A DNA stretch of 64,000 nucleotides from assembly GCA_965248695.1 (NCBI GenBank), contig CBDFKD010000002.1, positions 4,512,001-4,576,000 on the forward strand. The letters run 5' to 3'. Below are positions 29,519 through 39,064 of this stretch, in pieces (the stretch's first letter is position 1; each line of letters opens with the position of its first letter). The position numbers and the translations under genes were made by a program. Origin of the DNA: Acidobacteriota bacterium (GTDB lineage: Bacteria > Acidobacteriota > UBA890 > WLXD01). The notes beneath the pieces are model-generated. The model was not told the origin of the DNA. It searched no databases and saw only the letters and a program-made list of their open reading frames with translations.

Positions 29519-30840
29519 GCCATATCTTCCCGCGGACGTCCGGGCCGCCGCGCACGGCGGTTGCTGCCGATGGCGTGTGGATCACCGATGCTGACGGCAA
29601 GCGGTATCTCGACGGATGCGGAGGCGCCATCGTGGTCAATATCGGCCACGGTGTCGCCGCGATCCAGCAAGCGATGAGCGCGCAAGCCGAGAAGATCTCG
29701 TACGTTCACGCCACCGACTTCACCACCGAGGCCGTCGAACAGTTGGGCTCGACGCTAGCGCCGTACGTTCCGATGGACGCGCCGGCGGTTTACCCGGTAT
29801 CGGGAGGTGGCGAGGCCATCGAGACCGCCTTCAAGATGGCGCGCTCCTTCCACCTCGCCAACGGTCATGAGGGTCGACACAAGATCATTGCCCGACTGGG
29901 CTCCTACCACGGCAATACTGTCGGGGCGCTCGATGCCAGCGGGCGTGCCCCGTTGCGCGCTCCGTATCTTCCCTGGCTCGACAAGGCGATCCACGTGCCG
30001 CCGGTGTACGAGTACCGCTGCTCGATGTCCCAACACCCCGTCGGCTGCGGCCGCGCCCACGCCGACGTATTGGAGCGCGTGATTCTCGAGCAGGGGCCAG
30101 ACACGGTGGCGGCATTCGTCGCCGAGCCCATCGTCGGCGCCACGCTCGGTGCGGCGGTGCCACCCGACGACTACTGGCCGGCCGTCGCCGAGGTCTGTTC
30201 CCGCCACGGCGTCCTGCTGATCGCCGACGAGGTGATGACCGGCTTTGGCCGTACAGGAACCTGGTTCGGGGTCGACCATTGGGGAATACACCCGGACATT
30301 ATCGCCAGCGCCAAGGGGTGTTCAGCAGGGTATTGGCCTCTCGGCCTGGCGATTGCGAGCGGCGAGGTCGCCGAGACCCTCGGCCAGGCCGGTTTCGTGC
30401 ATGGATTCACCTACTCCCACCACGCCGTCGGTGCCGCCGTAGGAACGGCGGTGGTCGAGCGGCTCGTACGCGACGGCCTGGTTGAACGATCGCGCATCAA
30501 GGGCGAGCGCCTCAAGACAACCCTCGAGCAGGCACTGGGCGACCACCGGTGCGTTGGCGATATCCGCGGTCGCGGCCTGCTCGTTGGCCTCGAGTTGGTG
30601 GCCCAGCCCGACAGCAAGCAGCCGTTCCCACGCTCCGACCGGATGGCAGAACGTGTCGTCGAAGCCTGCATGCAACGAGGTTTGATGGTTTACCCCAACA
30701 CCGGATTCCTCGGCGATGACGGTGCCGGTGATCTCATTCTCATCGGGCCTCCGTTCGTCATCACGGACGAAGAGATGGATCAAATGGTCGAGATCATCAG
30801 CTCGGTGCTCGCCGAGATCGAGACTCTGCCGCCCGCGTAA
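29515..30840 (+). CDS. Class III aminotransferase, B. subtilis YodT-like (candidate beta-amino acid transaminase)
   Basis: YLDGCGGAIVVNIGHG, SYHGNTVGAL, FVAEPIVGA, ADEVMTGFGRTG, GLMVYP..G...GD.ILIGPPF. Motif pattern resembles YodT from memory; ATGA overlap. Confidence 0.88.
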   Translation: MSHIFPRTSGPPRTAVAADGVWITDADGKRYLDGCGGAIVVNIGHGVAAIQQAMSAQAEKISYVHATDFTTEAVEQLGSTLAPYVPMDAPAVYPVSGGGEAIETAFKMARSFHLANGHEGRHKIIARLGSYHGNTVGALDASGRAPLRAPYLPWLDKAIHVPPVYEYRCSMSQHPVGCGRAHADVLERVILEQGPDTVAAFVAEPIVGATLGAAVPPDDYWPAVAEVCSRHGVLLIADEVMTGFGRTGTWFGVDHWGIHPDIIASAKGCSAGYWPLGLAIASGEVAETLGQAGFVHGFTYSHHAVGAAVGTAVVERLVRDGLVERSRIKGERLKTTLEQALGDHRCVGDIRGRGLLVGLELVAQPDSKQPFPRSDRMAERVVEACMQRGLMVYPNTGFLGDDGAGDLILIGPPFVITDEEMDQMVEIISSVLAEIETLPPA

Positions 30841-30883
30841 CCGGCCGTCGCCGTCCCACGGCGCGACCTATTGATCGGAGGTC

Positions 30884-31110
30884 CGGCGCGAAAGCCGCAT
30901 GGGTCCGTTGGCCGGGCCCGACCGGCACCGAGATCGGCACCTCGGGCGGGGCCCCGGTCGATGGACTCGGGAAGTGAATGCGGCGGAGAGGTCGCGGGTC
31001 TCCCGACCGAGGTAGCCGAGCTCGCTGCAGGTGGGGCCCGGCCGACAGAACCCCGCGCCCTTCACCCTCCTCCGCAGACACGGCCAACGGACACTGACAG
31101 CTTCGCGCCG
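30884..31110. repeat. Imperfect long inverted repeat between convergent genes (MITE/REP-like or large hairpin)
   Basis: CGGCGCGAA..GTCCGTTGGCCG (30884-30914) pairs with CGGCCAACGGAC..TTCGCGCCG (31081-31110). A third, internal arm GGGCCCGGCCGAC lies near 31034. Confidence 0.45.
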
Positions 31111-31134
31111 CTCATCCGGCGACCACGCGGAGCG

Positions 31135-34100
31135 CTACTCCTCCGAGTCGTCCTCTTCTCCCTCCGGCTTCGGTGGCCGAGGCCGATCGAGCCACAGCCT
31201 CACGCCTCCGCCCCAGTGAGCAGCGCCCTTGCGATCGACGCTGTGCTCGCCCTCGTAGAGGTAATCGAGGATCGCTTTGTCCCACTGCAGGCCGGCGGTT
31301 GCGACGATGTCCATCCAGTCGCCGTAGGCGGTTTCGTCCGGTGCCTCGGTGCTGCCGGTCCAGATCGTCACGCGCGGGTTGAACCCACCCCCGAAGGCGC
31401 CGCCCTCACCGGAGCGACCTCCCTTCAAGGGCATCTGGACGTTGACCCCGTTGGTCATGTCCTGCCGGTAGATGACCGGCTCATACTCGCCGCCGTAGCG
31501 CTGGTAGCGATCGTAGGCACGCTCGTTCATGGCACGCACGTTTTCCGCCGCGTTGATGTAGCGCGTCACGTAGTCGCGAATGCTGAACGCCGCATCCTTG
31601 TGGCGCGGGAAGTCGGGATCGTCCAGGTAGCCGAAGCCGGGGATGAACCAGCCGCGGTTGACGCTCCAGTTGCGTTCGGTGATGCGACCGCGACGCACCA
31701 GCCCGGCGTACTCGGAGAACAGCTGGACGACTTCGTGGGACGGATAACCGTGCGGGTTGAGGAAGATGTCGGGCAGCCACGTCCGCCACAGCGTCGGCCG
31801 AACCTTCGACTCCGGGTAAATGGGCATGTCTTCACGCCCACCGTTGGTTGCATCCTGCCCCAGCGAGCCCAGGTATCCGGCGTGGAGGATGAAGTCGGGC
31901 GTGATCTCGTACAGGTCATAGGCCAGCTGCGCGCCGTCCGGATTGGTGAACGGATGGATGATCACGTTCACATCCAGCAGCTTCTTCTTGAACTCGTCGT
32001 CGGTCAGCAACAGCTCGGCCAGCTTGAGCACATGACTGGTCGATGAGACTTCGTTGGCGTGCTGGCGGGCGGAGTAGACGACGGTCGGTTTGTAAGTCGT
32101 GAACTTGTAGCGCGACCAGTGACTCGCCTCGATCGGGGGCATGAGGACCATCGCCCAGATGTCCTTGCCGAGGTAGCTGCGACCGGCCCAGTACATCGTT
32201 GCCTCGGGGAACGTCGACATGCGCGCCAGGATGGCGTGCCCTTCGGGCGGCGGGATGGGTGTTTCCCACTGCACCAGCTCCTCGCCCTGATAGCTGTAGC
32301 CGCCTTCCGGCAGCAGCTCGGCGATCGTCGGGTAGGGGGCCGGGGTGCCGTTGGCGTCGAGCGTGGCGATCGTCTGGGTATCGCGGTCGATCTCCCATTC
32401 CCACCCGGCCGCCAGTCGGATCGTGCCCAATCCGTCGAAGGCGAGCTCATCGTCGTACAGGTCGCGAGCTCGAAGCTGTTCGAGATTGTCGATCATCGCT
32501 GTGGCCTGAACGGCGCTCATGACGCGGCTGTCGACCTGGTATTCGTCAGCCTGCTGGAGCAGGTCGGTGCGGTGATCGTCCTCGAAGTCCACCTTGACGC
32601 GCAGGTCGATGCTGTCGAGGCCCACCTGACCGCTACGAACGGTGGCTGCTAGCGCGCTCGGTCGTTCGACGGCGACCAGCGGGACGTCACGGCGTGCCTG
32701 GCCGGAGGTCCCATCGGCTTCGGTGTAGTCGATCACCACCGCCGGCCGGCTGGTGGCAAACCCGGTGAGGCGGATCTTCGCCCAACCCGCTTCGCCACTG
32801 CTGTTGGGCCGCATGATCGGAATCACACGACCGATGTGGTCGAGCTCCTCGCCGCGTGCCATGCGACCCAGGACGCGGAAGAAGAACAACGTGGGGAAAT
32901 AGATCTCCTCGTGGAGCGAATCGAGGGATGAGATGTACTCGTTGTCGATCCCGAGGCGGTAGTCCGGCTCGCTGAGGCTCACTTCGACGGTGAGCTCGCC
33001 GAAGTACGGTGCGTCGGAGTCGCGCGGGTTGCCCTCGTGCAACTCCATGACGTGGTCGTACAGACCACTCAGCGTCTGATTCTGGTAGTGATCCCAGAAC
33101 GCTTCGATGTCGGTGACGATGCGCTGGTCTATCAGCGTGTCGGCGCCGCTGGTGGCGTGGATCCAGCCCGTAGTGACGCGCACCAGCTCATAGTCGTCGA
33201 AGCGGGCGTAGTACGGCTGCAGCACGTATTTGGGCTCGAAAGTCCTACGCAGCAGCTCGCTGCCGCTCGGTGAGGTCACCACGACCTCGTACGTCGACGC
33301 ATCGAGCGGCGCCATCTCGAAGTCCACCAGCTCCGGATCGATCGACAGGTCCGCCGACATGACCTCGTCGACCGGCCAGATCTCTTTCAGCCAGCGCACC
33401 TTGCTGTACATCGCCTGCTGCGGCCACTCCTCCGGCGGACCAGCCTCGGCGAAATGGACCCGGATGCCGCCGATGGCCGGATCGGCGCTGTCCGACTGCA
33501 TCCGACGCAGCTCAGGGACGATCACCTCGCGCAGCCACGAGAAGCCCTGCTTGAAGGCCGAGAGCACCGTGACGTTCGTGCCGTCGGCGGCGGCTCCCGC
33601 CTCGATCAACAGGGCCCGGGCCTGCTCGGCGATCCGGTGTCGGATCTCGGGCGGCTCGCTCAGCCGCGCTTCCACCCGCACCGGCCGACCACGGCGCACA
33701 CCCGGAATCACCCGGGCACGGAACTGCGTCCAGAAGGCCTCGACCTCGGAGGGGATCTCGATCTGTTCCTCGTTGAGGACGGCGGCATTCTGCACGTCGC
33801 GATCATCCATCAGCACCGACACGTCGGCGATGCCGAGAACCGCGAGTCGCTGGCGCACGACCGCCTCCAGTCCGGGCTCGATCTTCTCTAGCGACACCGT
33901 GACCCGGGCAACATCGATCTGCTTGCCACGCAGCTCCTCGATCATGCGGTCGAGCTTGTAGAGAGCTGCTGCGGCCTGCCCTGCCGGGCTGCGTTGCGAA
34001 AGGAATCGCCACACCGCGAGCTCGACTTGATCCACCGTGGCGCGATCGTGTCCGCGTTCTGACAGGTGGGGGAACTGCTGCGACAGCTGCTCGAGTGCGC

Positions 34101-35433
34101 GCGTCACACCGGCGGCGTCAGCGCCGGTAACCACCACGGCGCGCTTGTCGCCGAAGGCGGCTGGCACGATCTCGATGAGGCCCTCACCGGCAGCTAGAGC
34201 CTCGATCCGTCCCGGCGCCAGCTTGCCGTCCTCGACGAGCTCGGAGATCAACGGGTGATCGATGCCGATGGTCACCAGGGTCGGCTCGCTGCGAGCCTTT
34301 TCGATCTCGGCCACCGTGCGACCGACCGGCAGGGTCACCCCGGCGGACTCCAGCCCCAGGCGAGCGGCCAGATCGATGGTGCCGTCGACGCCCGGGCCGG
34401 AGGCGCTCAGCACCGCATCGATACGGTCGGGGATCACGTTGTTGTCGCTGTCGCCGAGCAACCCCTCGGCCTCGAACAGGGTCGACAGATCGAGGTCGTC
34501 CTTGCCGCCGGAGCCCGGCCGGCCGGGTGTCGGGCGGGAGGGGGCCTCGGGTTCGACACGTGGAATCTCGACGGTGACCGCGGCGGCCCCCGTGGCGGCC
34601 AACGAAAGGCGTAGCCGCTCGGCGCCGGCGTACGACAGCAACTCGGATGGGTCGTCGGCATCGGCGTCGTCCGTGACCTCGCTCACGACCGCTCGTCGCG
34701 TCGGCACGTCCGCGAGCGCTTCCCGGGCGCGGGTCAGATCGGCGGCCGGCAGGCTCACCGTGACGTCGACGGAGGAAAACGATCCGTCACCGCCGGCCTC
34801 GGCGTGGATCGCCCGTACGCTGACCTCCTGCACCGTGATCCCTTCACCGGCGAGATACTCCTCGACGTTGCTGGTCAGATCCGTGAGCGTCGCTCCGGTG
34901 GGTGATCCGACGTGAGGTAGCCGACCGCCAAAGGCGGCGGCGGCGGCGCGCGTTCCAGCGTCGTCGGCGCCGGCGATCACCAGCCAATCGCGTCCGCCGG
35001 AGCTGGTTCGGGTCACCAGGCCAGCTCCCGCGCTGAGCTCATTGAGCGCCGCAACGTTGAGCCCGGCGCGTTGGACGCCGGCGCGTCCCACGGCAATGCC
35101 GATACCTCCCTGGGGCGCCTCGCGGGGAATCGGGAGGTCCATGGCCATGGTCTGGAATCCGAGGCGTGCTGCGACGTCCAGAGCCGCTGCCAGATCCCCC
35201 TCGGAGCGCTCGGCGCCCAAAACGATCCCCGCAGCGACGAAGTCGACGACCTCGTCGCCATTACGGTCCTGGAAGATCTGACCGGCCTCGAAGAGGCTTT
35301 CCAGCCCTGCCGCTGCCGCGTTGTCGCTCGCCTGCCCATCTGCCGGGGCGGGTACGCCGACGGCACCCAGGCCGGCGACAAGTGCGATGAGCAGAGGCTT
35401 CCACAGGTGGCTCATCATGCGCGGTCGGATCAT
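31135..35433 (-). CDS. Very large secreted protein with a C-terminal M14 zinc carboxypeptidase-like domain
   Basis: Signal peptide; M14 motifs GRSYLGKDIW, ARQHANE (HxxE), FTNPDG, FLNPHGY; two N-terminal repeats with DxxxDxxxD...AARLG...GADxAG; about 1430 aa. Confidence 0.82.
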   Translation of the reverse strand: MIRPRMMSHLWKPLLIALVAGLGAVGVPAPADGQASDNAAAAGLESLFEAGQIFQDRNGDEVVDFVAAGIVLGAERSEGDLAAALDVAARLGFQTMAMDLPIPREAPQGGIGIAVGRAGVQRAGLNVAALNELSAGAGLVTRTSSGGRDWLVIAGADDAGTRAAAAAFGGRLPHVGSPTGATLTDLTSNVEEYLAGEGITVQEVSVRAIHAEAGGDGSFSSVDVTVSLPAADLTRAREALADVPTRRAVVSEVTDDADADDPSELLSYAGAERLRLSLAATGAAAVTVEIPRVEPEAPSRPTPGRPGSGGKDDLDLSTLFEAEGLLGDSDNNVIPDRIDAVLSASGPGVDGTIDLAARLGLESAGVTLPVGRTVAEIEKARSEPTLVTIGIDHPLISELVEDGKLAPGRIEALAAGEGLIEIVPAAFGDKRAVVVTGADAAGVTRALEQLSQQFPHLSERGHDRATVDQVELAVWRFLSQRSPAGQAAAALYKLDRMIEELRGKQIDVARVTVSLEKIEPGLEAVVRQRLAVLGIADVSVLMDDRDVQNAAVLNEEQIEIPSEVEAFWTQFRARVIPGVRRGRPVRVEARLSEPPEIRHRIAEQARALLIEAGAAADGTNVTVLSAFKQGFSWLREVIVPELRRMQSDSADPAIGGIRVHFAEAGPPEEWPQQAMYSKVRWLKEIWPVDEVMSADLSIDPELVDFEMAPLDASTYEVVVTSPSGSELLRRTFEPKYVLQPYYARFDDYELVRVTTGWIHATSGADTLIDQRIVTDIEAFWDHYQNQTLSGLYDHVMELHEGNPRDSDAPYFGELTVEVSLSEPDYRLGIDNEYISSLDSLHEEIYFPTLFFFRVLGRMARGEELDHIGRVIPIMRPNSSGEAGWAKIRLTGFATSRPAVVIDYTEADGTSGQARRDVPLVAVERPSALAATVRSGQVGLDSIDLRVKVDFEDDHRTDLLQQADEYQVDSRVMSAVQATAMIDNLEQLRARDLYDDELAFDGLGTIRLAAGWEWEIDRDTQTIATLDANGTPAPYPTIAELLPEGGYSYQGEELVQWETPIPPPEGHAILARMSTFPEATMYWAGRSYLGKDIWAMVLMPPIEASHWSRYKFTTYKPTVVYSARQHANEVSSTSHVLKLAELLLTDDEFKKKLLDVNVIIHPFTNPDGAQLAYDLYEITPDFILHAGYLGSLGQDATNGGREDMPIYPESKVRPTLWRTWLPDIFLNPHGYPSHEVVQLFSEYAGLVRRGRITERNWSVNRGWFIPGFGYLDDPDFPRHKDAAFSIRDYVTRYINAAENVRAMNERAYDRYQRYGGEYEPVIYRQDMTNGVNVQMPLKGGRSGEGGAFGGGFNPRVTIWTGSTEAPDETAYGDWMDIVATAGLQWDKAILDYLYEGEHSVDRKGAAHWGGGVRLWLDRPRPPKPEGEEDDSEE

Positions 35434-35435
35434 CA

Positions 35436-37085
35436 CTATCTCCTGGGTTCGTCGTTGTCTCGCGACTCGCTGCGCTCGGCGGAGCCGGGTGGACCGTCAG
35501 CAGATCCGAAGCCACCGCCGCCTGGGCTGCGCACGCTGACGATGTCTCCTGCCTGGATCGAAGCGGTTACCTTGCCGGGGAGCTCGCGCTCGCCGTCTCC
35601 GCTGATCAGCACGTTGCGGCCCGGGCGGCCGGAGCCACCGCCCTGCAACCCGTATGGGCCCTTGACGCGGCGATCACTGAGGATGGTGAGCTGGGCGGGC
35701 ACTAGTAGCTGGATGTCGCGACGTATCCCGTCGCCGCCGCGCCAGGCGCCCGTCCCACCGGAGCCACGGCGCACCTCGTAGCGGGCGACACGGTACGGGT
35801 AGGCGTGCTCCAGAGCCTCCACCGGCGTGTTCAAGCTGTTGGTCATGTGAGTGTGCGTGGCGTCCAGGCCGTCGGCGTACGGTCGTGCGCCCATCCCACC
35901 GGCCACCGTCTCGTAGTAGGCGAACGGGGCCCCGGAGAGGTCGGTACCGCCGAGCGTCGTGTTGTTCATCGTGCCGCTGCTGGCGGCCGGGATGACGTCC
36001 GGTATGGCCTGGGCGAGCGCGCCGAGCACCGTATCGACGATGCGTTGCGAGGTTTCGACGTTCCCCGCGGCCATCGCCGACGGCGCCTGGGCGCTGACCA
36101 GAGAGCCGTCCGGTGCCACGACCTCCAGCGGCACGAGGGTGCCGTGGTTCGACGGTATCGGAAACGGCACAATGACGCGGAAGCAATAGAAGACCGCCGC
36201 CAGCGCGATGGCGTAGTTGGCGTTGATGCTGCCTTGCGCTTGTGGCGCGGTGCCGGCGAAGTCGACGCGTGCGGTGTCGCCGTCGACGACGATCGTTGCG
36301 ACGATGGCGAGGGGGCCGTTGCCTTGGCCGTCGTCGTCCATGCAGTCTTCGAAACGGTAGGTCCCGTCAGGGATCTGGCGGATCGCCTCACGCGTCATGC
36401 GCTCGGCATAGGTCATCAAGTGCCCCATGTAGGCCTGCACGACCTCGAGTCCGTATTTTTCCACGATCGAAAGCAGTCGGCGGAGCCCAGTGCGATTCGA
36501 AGCGATCTGTGCCGTGAGATCACCCTCACGCTCTCGCGGCGTACGCACATTGGTGAGAATCAACGACATCACGTCGTCGACGAGCTCGCCGCCGCGCACC
36601 AGGTGCACCGGTGGAATGCGGATCCCCTCCTGATAAATGGAGGTAGCCAGCGGCATCGAGCCGGGGGTCATGCCGCCGACGTCAGAGTGATGCGCGCGGT
36701 TGGCGACGTAGAACGTCGGTTCGGCGTCGCCGGCGATGAAAACCGGCTCAACCAGGGTGATGTCGGGCAGATGAGTGCCGCCGCGAAACGGGTCGTTGAC
36801 CACCACCACGTCGCCAGGACCCATGCTGGTGTCCTCGATCGCAGCCGACACCGACAGCGGCATCGATCCCAAGTGCACCGGCATGTGGTCGCCCTGGGCC
36901 ACCACCCTACCGGCGCCGTCGAAAATGGCGCACGAGTAGTCGCGCCGTTCCTTGATGTTGGGCGAGAAGGACGTGCGGCAGAGCGCCACACCCATCTCCT
37001 CGGCCGCCGAGTGGAACAGGTTGCGGAAAACCTCCAACTGGATGGCGTCGTACTCCACCTGCGTCGCGGCCGGCAGCGAGCTCAT
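35436..37085 (-). CDS. hyuB: Hydantoinase B/5-oxoprolinase subunit
   Basis: SFSPNIKERRDYSCA, HMPVHLGSM, NDPFRGGTHLPD, RAHHSDVGG, ETVAGGMGA, NTPVEALE, PGGGGFG; ATGA overlap. Confidence 0.92.
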   Translation of the reverse strand: MSSLPAATQVEYDAIQLEVFRNLFHSAAEEMGVALCRTSFSPNIKERRDYSCAIFDGAGRVVAQGDHMPVHLGSMPLSVSAAIEDTSMGPGDVVVVNDPFRGGTHLPDITLVEPVFIAGDAEPTFYVANRAHHSDVGGMTPGSMPLATSIYQEGIRIPPVHLVRGGELVDDVMSLILTNVRTPREREGDLTAQIASNRTGLRRLLSIVEKYGLEVVQAYMGHLMTYAERMTREAIRQIPDGTYRFEDCMDDDGQGNGPLAIVATIVVDGDTARVDFAGTAPQAQGSINANYAIALAAVFYCFRVIVPFPIPSNHGTLVPLEVVAPDGSLVSAQAPSAMAAGNVETSQRIVDTVLGALAQAIPDVIPAASSGTMNNTTLGGTDLSGAPFAYYETVAGGMGARPYADGLDATHTHMTNSLNTPVEALEHAYPYRVARYEVRRGSGGTGAWRGGDGIRRDIQLLVPAQLTILSDRRVKGPYGLQGGGSGRPGRNVLISGDGERELPGKVTASIQAGDIVSVRSPGGGGFGSADGPPGSAERSESRDNDEPRR

Positions 37086-39061
37086 GGGGTGGCCTCCATG
37101 ATCAAGTTGCGGTATCCGTCGATGTGACAGCTGGCGTCCGGCGGAACGACGGTCGTCGTGCTGTACTCCACCACCAGCGCGGGGCCCTCGAACGAGCTGC
37201 CAGGCTGCAGCTGGTCGCGGTCGATGAGCCGGGCCCGACACGGTTCCTGATCGAAGATCATCTCGTGGTCTCCGAGGACCGCCGCACCGAGGTCGGACTC
37301 GGTCAGCCGCCGACTCTCCAACGTCGGCTTCTTGGTAGGTGCTACCACCCGCAGGCGAACGTTGACCACCTCGGTCGGCCGTTCCGGGTCGCTGTAGCCG
37401 TAGCGTTGCTCGTGAAGCTCGTGGAACGCGGCCTCGAAGCCGCCCTGCATCGGCACCTCGAGCTCGTATCCCTGGCCGACGTAGCGCAGATCGACGCTGC
37501 GCTCGAATCGCAGTTTGTTGGCGTCGGTGCCATCCAGTCCGAACTCTTCGATCGCCCGCGACTCGAGCTTACCGAACTCGACCTCGAGCATCCCGGGATC
37601 GACATCCGTTGCGGCCACCATCAGCGTCTGCGAGTAGTCGCGCACGATATCGGCCAGCAGCATGCCGAGCGCCGAGAGAATCCCAGCGGCGAATGGGACG
37701 ACGACACGGGGAATACCGAGGTCGCGCGCCAGCGCCGCGGCGTGCATCGCGCCCGCCCCACCGAATGAGACGAGGCTGAAGTCTCGCGGATCGAACCCGC
37801 GCTCCACAGAGATCACTCGGATCGCCCCCGCCATCGTCGTGTTGGCGACGCGGGTGATGCCCTCGGCGAGCTCGATGGGCGCCATGTCGACCTCGGTCGC
37901 GAGGCGGCTCATCGCGGCCACCACCGGCTCCGGGTCGAGGTGTTGACCGCCGCCGAGAAAGTGACTCGGGGCCAGGCGCCCGAGAAACAGGTTGGCGTCC
38001 GTGACCGTTACCTCGGTGCCGCCGAGCCCGTAGCAGATCGGGCCGGGTTGAGCGCCGGCGCTGCGCGGGCCGACCTTCAAAGCACCACCGGGATCACGAT
38101 AGGCGATCGAGCCTCCGCCGGCGCCGACGGTGTGGATATCGATGACCGGAAGACGAATCGGGAGGCCGCCCACGCTCGACTCGGCGGTGCGCCCGGGCTC
38201 GCCCTGACAAAGGCTGACGTCGGTGCTCGTGCCCCCCATGTCGAAGGTGATGCTGTTCGGGAAGCCGGCTAGCCGGCCAATCTCGGCGCCCCCGACGACG
38301 CCGCCCGCCGGCCCCGACAGGACCGTCTGGATCGCCGACCGTCTGGCTGCCTGCAACGAGATCGAGCCTCCGTTAGATTGCATGACCCGGATCGGCGACT
38401 CCGGTACGCGCTCGGCCAGATCGCCGAGATACCGCTGCATGATCGGGCCGACATAGGCGTTGGCCACGGTCGTGCTCGTGCGCTCGTACTCGCGAAACTC
38501 CGGTACGACCTGATGCGATGCGGTGACGAAGCCGCTGAAGCTGTCGCCCAGAGCGTCCAGCACGGCGCGCTCGTGCTCCGGATTGGCATAGGCATGCAGC
38601 AAGCAAATAGCCACGGAGTCATAGTCGCCGTCTCGTATGCGCTCGGAGATCGCGCTCAAGCTCGCGGGATCGACCGGATCGACGACCACGCCCCGTGGGT
38701 CCATGCGCTCGCGGACACCTAAGCGATCGGCGGCTGCAACCAGCGGCTCGGGCTTGGTGACCGCGAGGTCGTAAATCGATGGACGTGTCTGCCTGCCGAT
38801 CTCGAGCACGTCCTCGAACCCGGCCGTGGTGACCAGGACGGTGCGCGCCCCACGTCGCTCGAGCAGCGCGTTCGTCGCCACCGTGGAACCGTGCACGATG
38901 TCGGCGCCGTCGACGCCCATGTTCTGCAGACCGGTGAGGATCGCCGTCGCCGGGTTGTCGGGCGTCGAGGGCTCTTTGTGTACGCGAACCCGACCTTCAT
39001 CCATTAGGACGAAGTCGGTGAACGTGCCGCCGGTGTCGATGCCGATCACGAGCGTGTTCAT
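37082..39061 (-). CDS. hyuA: Hydantoinase A/5-oxoprolinase subunit (ATP-binding)
   Basis: IDTGGTFTD, HGSTVATNALLE, REYERTSTT, LSGPAGG, DMGGTSTD, GAGGGS, FGGAG. Confidence 0.92.
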   Translation of the reverse strand: MNTLVIGIDTGGTFTDFVLMDEGRVRVHKEPSTPDNPATAILTGLQNMGVDGADIVHGSTVATNALLERRGARTVLVTTAGFEDVLEIGRQTRPSIYDLAVTKPEPLVAAADRLGVRERMDPRGVVVDPVDPASLSAISERIRDGDYDSVAICLLHAYANPEHERAVLDALGDSFSGFVTASHQVVPEFREYERTSTTVANAYVGPIMQRYLGDLAERVPESPIRVMQSNGGSISLQAARRSAIQTVLSGPAGGVVGGAEIGRLAGFPNSITFDMGGTSTDVSLCQGEPGRTAESSVGGLPIRLPVIDIHTVGAGGGSIAYRDPGGALKVGPRSAGAQPGPICYGLGGTEVTVTDANLFLGRLAPSHFLGGGQHLDPEPVVAAMSRLATEVDMAPIELAEGITRVANTTMAGAIRVISVERGFDPRDFSLVSFGGAGAMHAAALARDLGIPRVVVPFAAGILSALGMLLADIVRDYSQTLMVAATDVDPGMLEVEFGKLESRAIEEFGLDGTDANKLRFERSVDLRYVGQGYELEVPMQGGFEAAFHELHEQRYGYSDPERPTEVVNVRLRVVAPTKKPTLESRRLTESDLGAAVLGDHEMIFDQEPCRARLIDRDQLQPGSSFEGPALVVEYSTTTVVPPDASCHIDGYRNLIMEATP

Positions 39062-39064
39062 GAT

